Assembly: GCA_951406725.2 (NCBI GenBank)
Contig: OX597817.1
Location: 150,412,001 to 150,476,000 of the forward strand
Direction of reading: 5' to 3'
Source: Octopus vulgaris
Taxonomy: Eukaryota
DNA: 64,000 nucleotides
The translations under genes and the position numbers were made by a program. Below are positions 37,372 through 50,030 of the stretch, one piece after another. Positions within the stretch are counted from its first letter, which is position 1, and each line of letters starts with the position of its first letter. The notes under the pieces were generated by a model. The model saw only the letters and a program-made list of their open reading frames with translations, searched no databases and was not told the DNA's origin.

Positions 37372-38009
37372 CAAAGACATAGAACTTAATTAAATTAGAA
37401 CAGATGGACACATTAGTATAATTATACCTAAAATCTCCAAGAAGTTAAGGAGATAGACAAAGGACATGTTGTACCTACAACATCATAGCTGTAACTAAAA
37501 ATTTTCAAGAAGACACTACCTGTCACTGATTTTTTTGTTTTTTTATAGGGTCATTTTTAATTTATAGACTAGTTTATCAAATCCCATGTATATTTAAGGC
37601 TGAGAGAAACAGAGGGCAGCACCCTAAACAGATACCACCCTGTGTCTATGGATGTTGCATGTGTTTATGTGCGTTGCGTGTGTGTGTGCATATTATGTTC
37701 AGGTATTATGTGCTTGTGTGGGTGTGGGAGTTTGCATGATGTGTGGTATGTCTATGGAGTTGAAGAGTGTGGGGGGCTGCTCGTATAGTGGTATATGTGG
37801 TGTTGCTATTGAAGAGTGAGTGTGGATGTGTGGATAATGGTGTGTGGTGTGGGTGCTGAGAAGTGTCCGGTGCTAGTGTTTGTATAGTGGCATGTGTGTG
37901 GTGAGGGTACTGAGCCAGGTGGAATGCAGGTGTGTAGGTGGAGGGGGAGCAGTTGAATGTGGGATGCGTGTGGGAATCCATGTGAGGTCGGTGTCAGATG
38001 AAGAGAGGT

Positions 38010-39048
38010 AGTGAGTTGAACCATATGGTGCAAAGGAATGAAGAGAGAAGATTAATTCCTGCTCACGGCAAAGGCGGAAGTCCTGGTGGCCCCTGTGCAA
38101 AGATAGTCCAAATACAAACAGATGTTGAAGTGAATAACCGGTAGAGTGGAAGTGGCACAAGACTGGGGTGTCATTGGCGAGTCTCATGTCTCAAAGGTGC
38201 TCTGCAAACCAGTTAGCCAAGTGGTGTCCTGTTTGACCAATGTACAGGGAAGGACAAAGAGAGTAAGAGATGCAGTAAATAACATTACTGGAGGTGCAGG
38301 TAAAGGAGTCAGTGTCATGACAGGGACAGTGGTGGGTGCCAGTGAGGATGGTGGTGTTGGAGAGGTAGGGGCAGGTGTGAAAGCATGGGTGAGAGCAGAG
38401 GAAGGAGCCAGGTTGAGAGGCAGGGGTAAGGAAGAAACTGTGGACCAGAAGGTCACAAAATTTATGGGCTCATTTGAAAGAGTGAAGGTGTAGGTTAGGG
38501 AAGATGTATGAGATGGAAGAATCAAACTGGAGTCGCCATAAGGCTTTGAGAATGGGTCGTTGGAGGGGTAGGGTGGAGAAGCGGTAGATGAGGGGAAATG
38601 GGAGATGGGTAAGGGTGGGGTGGGTGCAAGGAGAAAGAGCAGAGGCATGGTCCACAGATTGTGCCTGGGCAAGGACAGTGTGGATAATGGTAATGAGATA
38701 TCCACATAGGATGAAGTGGCGAGCCTGAGTTGAGACTGAGTTTCAAATTTATGGTCATCACTGCAGAGCCACCGTAGATGGAGGAATTGGAAGTAGTGGA
38801 TGGAGAGCTTGGTGTGGGTAGGGTGGAAAGAGGATAAGTTAAGGAAGGAATGTGAGTCAGTGTGTTTGTAGAGGGTGGAGGTGGTGAGAGTGGAGTGGTG
38901 TATGTTGACAAAAATGTCAAGAAACTTGATGGAAGAGTCACAGTGCAAGAGAATTTTAGGGCAGGATGGAAGGATTGGACAAAGGAGAGGAAGGAGTCCA
39001 GATGTTCGTGGGAGGGTGAGGTTGTGCTAATAGAATCATCGATATATA
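38010..39048 (-). mobile_element. Penelope-like retroelement fragment (RT C-terminal half + GIY-YIG endonuclease), pseudogenised
   Basis: YIDD...FHPALKFS, FLDIFV...YKHTDSHSFLNLSSFHPTHTKLSI, and NVIYCISYSLCPSLYIGQTGHHLANWFAEH followed by REQELIFSLHSFAPYG; frameshifted. Confidence 0.9.
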
Positions 39049-39596
39049 TCATCATCATCATTTAACGTCCACTTTCCATGCTAGCATGGGTTGGACGGTT
39101 CAACTGGGGTCTGGGGAGCCCGAAAGCTGCACCAGTCCAGTCAGATCTGGCAGTGTTTCTACAGCTGGATGCCCTTCCTAACGCCAACCACTCCGAGAGT
39201 GTAGTGGGTGATTTTATGTGCCACCGACACAGGTGCCAGACGAGGCTGGCAGACGGCCATGCTCGGATGGTGTTTTTATGTGCCACCGACACAGGTGCCA
39301 GATGAGGCTGGCAAACGGCCACGATCGGATGGTGTTTGTTACGTGCCCACAGCACGGAGGCCAGTCGATGCGGTACTGGCTACGGCCACGTTCGGATGGT
39401 TTTCTTGTGTGCCACGTGCCACCGGCACTGGTACCACAAAGATACAAATTCCATTGATGTTCATCTATTTTGATTTGTTTTGATTTGATTTGATTTTCAC
39501 TTGCCTCAACAGGTCTTCACAAGTGTCACAAGAAGGAAGGTATGCACAGGTGGACTGACTACGTCCCAGGTAGGGGCCACAGGTTATGGCCTGACT
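39049..39596 (-). mobile_element. 5'-truncated RTE copy consisting only of the 3'UTR
   Basis: Reverse complement is collinear with about 49597-50198 (ccataacc..., cctgttgaggcaagt, tandem GTGCC-GGCAC units, (GAT)n tail). Confidence 0.85.
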
Positions 39597-41102
39597 ATAT
39601 ATATATATATATATAAACTATATATCCCTAATATATATATATACTAGCAAGCCTCCCAGCCTTCAGCCTGGTCTGTACAGTACTCAAATGTATTCATAAG
39701 GCACATATTGGCATCTAATGTAATGCCAATTTTCTTTACAATAAAAATTGTTAAAAGGTATTTCAATATTGCATAACATAATTTAAAGGGGGTTATGGAG
39801 AAAAAATGAGTGAGACAGAGGGGAGAAGAGACATCTGTCTTCTGTCTCTTCCTCGCTCTGTCTAACTTCTTTTTTCTCCCTAACCCCCTTTCCATCTGTC
39901 TCGCATATTTTTTCTCTAGAAAAGTATTTGGTAATGAGAGTGAGACACATATACAACCAGAGAGAGGGGGGGATAGTGAGAGAGATAAAGACATAGAGAG
40001 GGGTATATAGGCAGAGAGAAAGCAGAGGTCCTGCAGCAACTTCAAAGCTATAAATGTAATGTATAAACTTAGAGAAAGTCGGAGATGGATTGAGTGATAG
40101 GTGGAGTATTTTTTCACTCTGTAAAAAAGCATTACGGTGAAAAAGACAGTATGTGGATTGCCAGAAATAGGATCCAATACATCACCAACTTGGCGACTGG
40201 AAAATGTATTTGAGCATAAACAGTAAATTGGGCATGTCACATAGCATTAGAAGTTGCAGCTGTGTTGTGGAGACCTTCTGGCTTCATAGACATTTAGTTT
40301 CTGTCTTTGGGACTATTATTGCCAGTTTATCAGGAAGGATATTATTTTAGAGGCTATCAGCAATTAAGGATAATGTCATAAAATGCACTGCTATTGGCTG
40401 TGCAATGAATTCGATGCATGGACAGACAGGAAAAAATGTGCGAAAAGAAGAATTTCTTTGGTGCTTTCATTGGGTGCTTTTCTAGAAATTAAAATATAAA
40501 ATATATATAGGACACATGGCCTAGTGGTTGGAGGGTTTCCCTTACAACAATCGTGAGACCATGGCTTCAATTCCTAAACTGGATGGTGCATTGTGTTCTT
40601 GAGCAAAACACGATCTCATTTTGCTCTGTGATCATTTCAATGCCTGACATATTGCACATCATGCACCTGTTCAGGCAACATCAATTTGATGGAGGGTATG
40701 AGCACATACATTTGATCACTACAAGAAAAAATAATTTGTGCAGGTCATTCGGCAAAAAAAAAGCTGAACACTCATGCATCACCTTCAACAACAGGAGAGT
40801 CCATATGTATGTGTGTATGTAATAACATAAATAATATATAAACATATGCATATATACATACATATATGTACATACCTACATCTATATGTATATATACATG
40901 CATATATGGGCACAGGACACCGAAAAAATTTTGAACACAATGAGAAATGAAAACATAAAAGCAAAAACATGGAGACAAACTTTTTTTCAAACAACAAAAA
41001 AACAGAGTACAAGACATACAACACAAGGAATATTCCCCTTCTTCAGTTGTCCCTGTTTCGTCTACTCAGCATTTCATATGTATGTATATATGTATGTATG
41101 TA

Positions 41103-41136
<34 letters not shown>

Positions 41137-41519
41137 GTCGAAATTTACAGAAAAGCAAAAGAGGAAGGAATAAGAGAAAATAAACAGAGAGAGAAAAAAA
41201 TACTTGTGAATGTAACGATCAAGCATGGTGACTGGTTGGGAAAACCATATGTATATATATATTTATATATGTATGATATCTTATATTCATAGTATATTAT
41301 GTTATATTATAATATAAATGAATTATTGGATTGTCAATTGAATTTCTCTATTTAATTTATTGTTTATATATATATAAACAATAAATTAGAGTGATTCAAT
41401 TGACTATATATATATAATTCTTTAACAAGCTTAGTATTGACAATGACTTTTTGTACCTCCAGCAGTGAATACAATATTTGACTTCTTGGTAGTTAAGGTT
41501 TCTTCATTCTTTAAACAGG

Positions 41520-42600
41520 TCTAAAGAATGCCCAATCAGCATCGGTTTCATTGCACCAATACTGCCAGCATGTTAGAAAACATGACTTTCTCTGTGACAA
41601 TGTGGTCCTGTTCCTGTCTTCCAGATGATATTTAGGATCTGTCTCAAGGATTGCATCATGAATTCATGAGTGAATTTAACTGTTTGCAACCTAATATCTG
41701 TGCCACTGATCTGCACAATAAAGTGGGTAATACTATTTCTTGTTATGCTTTGCACTTGGACTATAATGTGATTGTTATTCTAAAGTTGCCCTATCAACCT
41801 TCCAAATGTCAAACTGGCCTTGCTCATCCCCCAATTTTGTTCGTTACTGAGCCTACTATCATTATTAATTGCACAACCTACATAGGTAAAGTGGTTTGCT
41901 TGTACTAGTTTCTACCCTTAGATGATAACCAATACAGGATGTGACATTGGACACACATCAGGGCTTGGTTATTAGAGAACTTTAGTCTTCTGGATATTAA
42001 TATCTAAGCCAAACTTTTGGACCACCTTGCTAAAAGCATCCACCAGGTTCTTCATATCCTTCACACTCTGGGAGACAAGGACACAATTATCAAAAGAAAA
42101 AAAAACATTTCTCTCATTAACATGTGGTCTTAGCCATAACTTTGAGATGTAACACCTTAACCCTTTCGTTACCGTATTCATTTTGAGATGCTCTGTGTTT
42201 CTTTCAGTTATTTTAAATATAACAAAGAATTTAGTAAAATAACTTAGTTATCATTCAGCTAGTGTTAAGATCATAAATTGTGACTAAGGTTTGGTAGGAG
42301 ATTTTAATTCAAAACTTATGAAAACAAGACATTTGTATTACAGAGCCAGAGCCGGTTTTGGCCGGGTTGGTAACGAAAGGGTTAAACAGGCTAGCTGCAG
42401 ATTTCGCCTGTTTCTAGATACATTCAATTGAATTGTGGAACACTTCCATAAACACCAATATACAAATAGAATGAGAATATCTAGTATACAACCTTACTTG
42501 ACTCCCACAGTAATATTAAACTGTGCTTAGCTGGAGTTCAACTTGAGATAACTTGAGCCCACCAGACTCAATCATACACATGAACTTTTGAACCGTAAAG
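41520..42600 (-). mobile_element. Decayed LINE RT fragment interrupted by a MITE
   Basis: DNCVLVSQSVKDMKNLVDAFSKVVQKFGLDINIQKTKVL corresponds to RT motifs 5-6. Confidence 0.65.
42161..42381. mobile_element. TTAA MITE (piggyBac-type), 221 bp, young
   Basis: Perfect 13-bp TIRs CCCTTTCGTTACC / GGTAACGAAAGGG with TTAA on both sides. Confidence 0.95.
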
Positions 42601-43144
42601 GATTAAAAAGTGTGTAACATGGTGACAAAATAGCACTAGATTTACTTAGCAAAATTACTTGAAGATATACTGCGAAAAACGAGAGAATATGGTGAGTCAA
42701 GTTCTTCTTTGACTTGCATGTTCATTGGACACTACATCAGTCAAAAGTAAAACAAAACAAAGTAAATGTGTAATTTATACAGAATTAGAAATGATGCAAT
42801 AACGTGGATCATTTTGCAAATGATTGAATATGTAAATCATTTTCCACAAGGATTCAGGAAAAGAAATTTGCTCAAAGGGGATGAAATGTGTATGATTCTC
42901 AGACTTAACCAATCACAAATGAAAATGTTATTCCTGTTGTTCAACGAGTGAGATTACTTCCTAGAGCAATGAAGATAACTGTAACAGTTATTACAGAATT
43001 ACTACACTTGGAAATTCTTATCCAAACAGAAGAGATTTTTACCATTGTAAAAAGGAGGTCAGCACAATTTGTATGTGTGTTGTCATATATTTCATAGGAC
43101 ACAAAGCACCTAAACTGAATCCATAGTTATAATTTATTCAGTAG

Positions 43145-43178
<34 letters not shown>

Positions 43179-43544
43179 TAAAAAATTCAAATGCATGAGT
43201 TTTTCATTCTCAGTTTTCAAACAAGAATAAAGAACTCCAAGTAGCAACTCAATTTTAAATAAGTAGATGCTATGCCGGCATGAAAAACAGACATTAAATA
43301 ATAATGATGATGATGATGATGATGATAAAAGGTCAAGAAATATGAGAAGTGAATATATTTATTTCACCACTTGTCATCATTAGGATTACAACCATTTCAC
43401 AATATTTATCATGTAATAATAAGCTGTGTTTAAGCTATTTTACATGTCTGCAATATTTACAAGTATGTGCAGATAAAGAAAGCTGATGGTTAAATCAATG
43501 CTTCAAGTCTCATATATATACATGTGTATGTGTGTGAGTCTTTT

Positions 43545-43910
43545 TCTTTTATTTGTTTCAGTCATTTGACGGTGGCCATGCTGGAGCACGATCTTTAGTC
43601 AAACAAATCGACCCTAGGACTTAGTCTTTGTAAGCCTAGTACTTATTCTATCGGTCTCTTTTGCCGAATTGCTAAGTTACGAGGATGTAAACACAGTAAC
43701 ATCGGTTGTCAAGCGATGATGGGGGGGGGGGGGACAAACACAGACACACCAACATATATGACAGGCTTCTTTTCAGTTTCCATCTACCAAATCCACTCGC
43801 AAGGCTTTGGTTGGCCTGAGGCTACAGTAGATGGTGCCATGCAGTAGGACTGAACCTGGAACCATGTGGTTGGTAAGCAGACTACATACCACACATCCAC
43901 TCCTGCACCT
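43545..43910 (-). mobile_element. CORE-type tRNA-SINE
   Basis: Reverse match to the 8437 family with an expanded G tract. Confidence 0.85.
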
Positions 43911-44626
43911 ATATATATATATATATATATATTCTCTTACTTGTCTCAGTCATTTGACTGCAGCAATACTGGAACAGCACCCATAGAATCAGGAGGTGTG
44001 AGAGGTAAATATTAATTTATTATTTCCATAAAAGATCCCGCGCCTCTACTGACAAAATGCATTTTTTTGAAAAAGTTTTCAGTTTACTACGTTTTAGATG
44101 TCGGAGATAACGAAATTTTTTATTTCACCCCTCCCCGCTCAATTTAAAATTTTGAACTTTTTTCGAAATTTTTTCCCCTTTTTCTTAGATGACGGAGATT
44201 CCGAATATGCAAGAAACCACGTTACAGCTGTTTCATAATCTTTTCCATGAACTTCAATACCCAAAGTTATAAACATACAAGCACATTATATAATTGAGCT
44301 GAATATTCATACACAGATGTGCATATTATGTTTATACTCCTAGCAAAAGATTACAAAAGAGCTGTAATCATATGGAAATAATAAATCTGTATTTACTGCT
44401 TACAACTGATTCTTTTCTTATTGTATACTTCTTGTGAAATATTTACTGTTTGTGTATCCAGGATTTTCAGTTACATGGACAAGTTAAATTACCTAATGTT
44501 TTAATTAGTGTGTGAGCCAATAGCTGATTTCTTACCAGAGAGCTTATTGTGTGTCCTGCTTGATTCTTTAAATTCAGTTTCTAATACAAACACACACATG
44601 CATGCATGCATGCACACACACACAGT

Positions 44627-45035
44627 TCAAATTTACAGAAAACAAAAGACAAACACAGGTGAGGAAATAAACAAGCAGGTGTATTAGTTTAATGCCCAGG
44701 AAGAATGGAAAAGTCTTTGACATTTTGAGCCTACACCCTTTGACAGAAGAGGATTGAATAGGAAAAGGAGTGAGAACAAAATAAAAAATGTAGAGAGAAA
44801 AATGTGTAGGGACTAATGGTTGAACATGATGATAATGATATATATATATATGTATATATGTGTATATATGCTGAAGAGCGTAGGCTCGAAACGTTAAAGA
44901 CTTGTTTTATTTATATTTCCTGAGCGCCATACTAATACAATTGTTTGTTTGTATTCCACCTGCCTTCGTCTTTTGTTTATTTTCCATAAACCTGCCTTCG
45001 TCTTTTGTCTATTTTCATAAAGCTTCCCGTTATAT
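44627..45035. mobile_element. Two oppositely oriented Penelope-type terminal fragments
   Basis: 44871-45030 (+) starts CTGAAGAGCGTAGGCTCGAAACGTTAAAG; 44627-44750 is a diverged reverse copy; both related to 20054-20200. Confidence 0.55.
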
Positions 45036-45049
45036 ATGTATATATATAT

Positions 45050-45146
45050 ATCTGGTGCAGCCTTCGAGCTTGCCAGACCCCAGTTGAACCGTCCAACCCA
45101 TGCTAGCATGGAAAGCGGACGTTAAACGATGATGATGATGATGATA

Positions 45147-45201
<55 letters not shown>

Positions 45202-45418
45202 GTGTGTATATATATATATATCTATATATATGTGTATATATATATATCTATATATATGTGTATATATATATATATATCATCATCATCATCATCATCATCG
45301 TTTAACGTCCGCTTTCCATGCTAGCATGGGTTGGACGGTTCAACTGGGGTCTGGGAAGCCCGAAGGCTGCACCATGCCAGTCAGATGTGGCAGTGTTTCT
45401 ACAGCTGGATGCCCTTCA

Positions 45419-45449
<31 letters not shown>

Positions 45450-45696
45450 ATATATATATATATGTATGTATGTATGTATATGTATATATATATGTATATG
45501 TATATATATATATATCTAATGTAGGATAAAACTTTTTTCGAAAAAAATTATTTTCCAAAAAAAATTTTATCAATGGCCTGCATATTAAAAAATACCTTTA
45601 AAGGTTAAATTTATAAACAATTTATAGATAAGGGCAAACGAAAAAATTTCTAATGCCAAATATGCTGAAAAATTTCATTTGCTCTTATCTATGAAT

Positions 45697-45735
<39 letters not shown>

Positions 45736-46016
45736 ATATATATGTATATATGTATATATATATATGTATATCATCATCATCATCATCATCGTTTAACGTC
45801 CGCTTTCCATGCTAGCATGGGTTGGACGGTTCAACTGGGGTCTGGGAAGCCCGAAGGCTGCACCAGACCAGTCAGATCTGGCAATGTTTCTACAGCTGGA
45901 TGCCCTTCCTAACGCCAACCACTCCGAGAGTGTAGTGGGTGATTTTATGTGCCACCGACACAGGTGCCAGACAAGGCTGGCGAACGGCCACGCTCGGATG
46001 GTGTTTTTTATGTGCC
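45050..46016. mobile_element. Cluster of three short RTE 3'-tail copies in (TA)n DNA (45050-45145 +, 45277-45417 -, 45770-46016 -)
   Basis: Near-identical (CAT)n-CGTTTAACGTCCGCTTTCCATGCTAGCATGGGTTGGACGG ends. Confidence 0.9.
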
Positions 46017-46513
46017 ATATATATATATGTATATATATATGTGTGTATAGCTTTCCTTTATCTTCTATCTTTGCACGTATCATCATTATTCTTTCATTAT
46101 TCTTCGATTTCTCTCATTATATTGTTCTTTCAGTACTCTCTCATTATATTATTCTTTCTTTCTTTCTTTCAGTATTCTCTCATTACTCTGTCTAGCTCAA
46201 ATATGTTTTTCGTTTAGTCTTGTCTCCCTGTTGCTCCCGGTTCATAGCCACTTATCTTTCCCCTAAAAATCTCACTTTCTCAGATTTTTCAAACCTACTT
46301 TCTTGCTCACACGATTAACAGAACCTCTTCCTAGTTTATGGTGCAGCCGCCCTCCCACCCCCTCCACACATGCCGGAAGTTCCTATTCTTTGCCATCCCG
46401 GGGTTGCTTCCCATGAAGACTACAAATGCTCTTCAAATGTAAGGTAATGTTCATACAGTGCAAAATATGAAAGGCTAGTGTTATGCAGGTTGAACTGAAG
46501 GCTACTGTATTAC

Positions 46514-49500
46514 TTGCACATGAATTCTGTCAAATGCGAGCTTTCTTTTCAGGTACATGAAGCTACTGTCCACCGTCCCAGGATCTCTAGGGCCCATACC
46601 TCCCACACCCTCCGGGTTGGCCACCTCAACGTTGGCACACTGAAAAGTAGGTCTGGCGAGATAGTCGTGATGCTTGAACGGAGATGTGTGGATATATGTT
46701 GCATGCAAGAAGTAAGGTGGAGAGGAGGATCTGCTAGGTTCCTCACAGGCAAGGAACACAGGTACAAGATTTTCTGTGCAGGGAACACTGACGGGGTTGG
46801 TGGCGTGGGTATACTTATCGCTGAGAAATGGGTAGATAAAGTAATTGAGGTAATCAGAGTATGTGACAGAATACTTAAGATTAGATTAGTGCTTCATCAT
46901 AGTTTAGCAACCATTATATCGGCCCATGCTCCTCAGTCGGGGCTACCCGATGGACAGAAAGACTGATTCTATGACACTCTACTGCAGACTACCTCGTTGA
47001 CGAACAACAGAGACCTTCTCTTTGTGGCTGGTGACTTCAATGGTCATGTTGGACGACATGCTGGGGGCTTCCATGGCGTACATGGCGGCTATGGCTATGG
47101 TTCCCGCAACGAGGAGGGAACCAGGCTGCTGGAGTTCTGCGATGCAAATAATCTTATGATTTGCAATACTAACTTCAGGAAACCTACCAGCCACCTAGTC
47201 ACCTACCAATCGGGCCAACATACCAGCCAAATTGACTACATCCTTGCCAGGCAAAAGGAAAGATGGCTGCTTATACATGCCAAAACCTTCCCAGGTGAAG
47301 AATGTACCCCACAACATAGACTGGTAGTTAGTGACTTTAGGATCAGGACTAGGAGGACAACCAGAAGACGACCAACATGGAGAAGAAGGATCTGGAAGCT
47401 TAAAGATTCTGCGAATGGACAGAGATTTAGGGACATGCTACTTGAAGCCTCTGATGAAGTAGAAGGGGATAGAGTATCACATGGGGTAGAAGGCAACTGG
47501 ACATTTCTAAGGGACAACCTGCTGAGAGCCACTGACCAGATCTGTGGCTGGTGCAAAGTCCCCTCTCGTCCCAAGGTAACGTGGTGGTGGAACAGTGTTG
47601 TAGACAGGGCTATTAGAGAAAAGAGACAGACTTGGAAAGACTGGAAGAATGGTGGTGGCAGGGAATTGTATCAGACTGCCAAAAGGGAAGCTAGGAGACA
47701 GGTCTATCTAGCCAGAGGGGAAGCAGATAAGAAAAAATTTGCCAATGTTCTGCGCCATGAAGACCAAAGACTGGAGGTGTTTCGCGTTGCAAGACAGTGT
47801 GTGAGAGAGAATTGTGATGTGGTAGGAGAGAAGTGTGTACGCATGGAAGTTGGTTCACTTGCGCTAAATGAGGATGCAAAGAGAGGTTTGGAGACGCCAC
47901 TATGAAAGGTTGCTGAATAAAGAAAATGAATGGGATAAAGAGACCAGCTATCCGAGTTGACAGTTCCTTGGTAGTTAAGGCAATTAGAAGCATGAAGACA
48001 GGGAAAGCCCCAGGCCCATCAGGAATCACTGCAGAGATGCTCAAAATATCTGGTAGTGTCGGCTATAGCCTAGTCACCCGTATAGTTAACCAGGTGATAC
48101 ACGAAGGAGTCATACCCAATGACTGGTGTAGCAGCATAATAGTCAACTGCTACAAAGGTAAAGGTGACGCCCTAGATACAAATAATTACAGAGGTATCAA
48201 GCTGTTGGATCAGGTGATGAAGGTTACGGAGAGGGTCATAGCCCAACTAATTAGAGAGAGAGTTAGTTTAGATGAGATGCAGTTTGGGTTTGTGCCAGGG
48301 AAAACTACCACTGATGCTATATTCCTGGTAAGGCAGCTGCAGGAGAAATACCTAGCCAAAGATAAGCCCCTGTACCTGGCTTTTGTTGACATGGAGAAAG
48401 CCTTCGACAGGGTCCCCCGATCCCTTATCTGGTGGTCAATGAGGAAACTAGGGATAGATGAATGGTTAGTGAGAGCTGTGTGAGCCATGTACAGGGACGC
48501 TGCTAGTAAGGTGAGGGTTGGCAACAAGTACAGTGAAGAATTCCGGGTAGAGGTAGGGGTCCACCAAGGCTCAGTCATCAGCCCCCTCCTATTTATCATA
48601 GTCCTCCAGGCAATAACGGAGGAATTCAAGACAGGATGCCCTTGGGAGCTCCTCTATGCTGATGACCTTGCTCTAATTGCTGAGTCACTATCAGAACTGG
48701 AGGAGAAGTTTCAGGTGTGGAAGCAAAGATTAGAATCGAAGGGCCTTAGAGTCAATCTAGCTAAAACCAAAGTCCTAATAAGTAGGAAGGTAGACAAATC
48801 ACAAACACCTTCAGGTAAATGGCCCTGCTCGATCTGTAGAAAAGGTGTAGGTAGAAACTCTATAAGATGCACCAAGTGTAGGCTATGGACACATAAGAGG
48901 TGCAGCAATGTCAAAGGAAGGCTAACTAGGAAGATGGTTTTTGTATGTGGCAGATGCTTAGGAACAATAAACACTGAATTCTGTCACTTTCCAGGGAGAA
49001 AAACTAGAAATAGTTGATAGCTTCCGTTACCTAGGTGACCAAGTCAGCAGCGGGGGTGGGTGTGCTGAAAGTGTAACTGCTAGAGTAAGAATAGCTTGGG
49101 CAAAGTTCAGAGAGCTCTTACCTCTGCTGGTGACAAAAGGCCTCTTGCTCAGAGTAAAAGGCAGACTGTATGACGCGTGTGTACGAACAGCCATGCTACA
49201 TGGCAGTGAAACATGGGCCGTGATTGCTGAGGATATGTGTAAGCTCGCAAGAAATGAAGCCAGTATGCTCTGATGGATGTGTAATGTCAGTATTCATAAT
49301 CGACAGAGTGTAAGTACCTTGAGAGAAAAGCTGGACCTAAGAAGCATCAGATGTGGTGTGCAAGAGAGACGTTTGCACTGGTATGGGCATGTGGCGAGAA
49401 TGGATGAAGATAGTTGTGTGAAAAAGTGCCACACCCTAGCGGTTGAGGGAACCTGTGGAAGAGGCAGACCCAGGAAAACCTGGGACGAGGTGGTGAAGCA

Positions 49501-49594
49501 TGACCTTCGAACTTTAGGTCTCACTGAGGAAATGACTAGAGAACGAGACCTCTGGAAGTATGCTGTGTGTGAGAAGACTCGGCAGGACAAGTGA
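46514..49594 (+). pseudogene. RTE ORF: AP endonuclease + reverse transcriptase with embedded PHD finger; disrupted
   Basis: APE motifs LNVGTL, CMQEVRW, GDFNGHVG, QIDYIL; RT motifs KAPGPSGI, QFGF, DMEKAFDRV, GVHQGSVISPLLF, YADD; TGA stops at about 46964, 48481, 49271 and frameshifts near 47890-47940 and 48975. Confidence 0.92.
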
Positions 49595-49747
49595 GACCAT
49601 AACCCGTGGCCTTCTACATGGGATGTAGCCAGCCCACTTATGCATACCTTCCCTTCTTGGGACACAAAACTCTACTTGTGAAGACCTGTTGAGGCAAGTT
49701 AGAATCAGAATCAGAATCGATCAATGGAAATTGCAGCTGAGTTACCA

Positions 49748-50030
49748 GTGCCGGTGGCACATAAGAGAACCATCCAAATGTGGCTGTTGCCAGCGCCGCC
49801 CCAACTGGCCTCATGCTGGTGGCACGTAAAAAGCACCATCCGTTCGTGGCCATTGCCAGCACTGCCTCGACTGGCCTCGTGCCGGTGGCACGTAAAAAGC
49901 ACCATTCATTCGTGGCCATTGCCAGCCTCGCCTGGCCCCCGTGCCGGTGGCACGTAAAAAGCACCATCCGATCGTGGCCGTTTGCTAGACTCGTCTGCTA
50001 GACCTGTGCTGGTGGCACATAAAAAGCACC
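49748..50030 (+). repeat. Five tandem units of about 62-66 bp in the RTE 3'UTR
   Basis: Recurrent GTGCCGGTGGCACGTAAAAAGCACCATCC...GTGGCC. Confidence 0.9.

Noticed and set aside
38184-38948. 254-aa Pro/Ser/Thr-rich ORF as a mucin-like gene
   Set aside because: It is the Penelope RT frame drifting out of register after a frameshift.
39644-40240. 198-aa minus ORF, and a possible Helitron 3' end at 39644
   Set aside because: Low-complexity translation of CT/GA-rich DNA; CTAG is present but the hairpin and 5' end are not convincing.
44871-44899. Intact hammerhead ribozyme
   Set aside because: Stem II and GAAACGTT are present but the 5' core is shortened and stem I is replaced by TA repeat; treated as a truncated relative of 20054.
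45176-46217. Many YIYI/HHHH/CVCV ORFs here and across the window
   Set aside because: Translations of (TA)n, (CA)n and (CAT)n microsatellites and repeat tails.
49748-50030. CRISPR-like look (palindromic repeat plus variable spacer), also 39200-39430
   Set aside because: Spacers are homologous to each other, no cas genes, eukaryotic LINE 3'UTR context.
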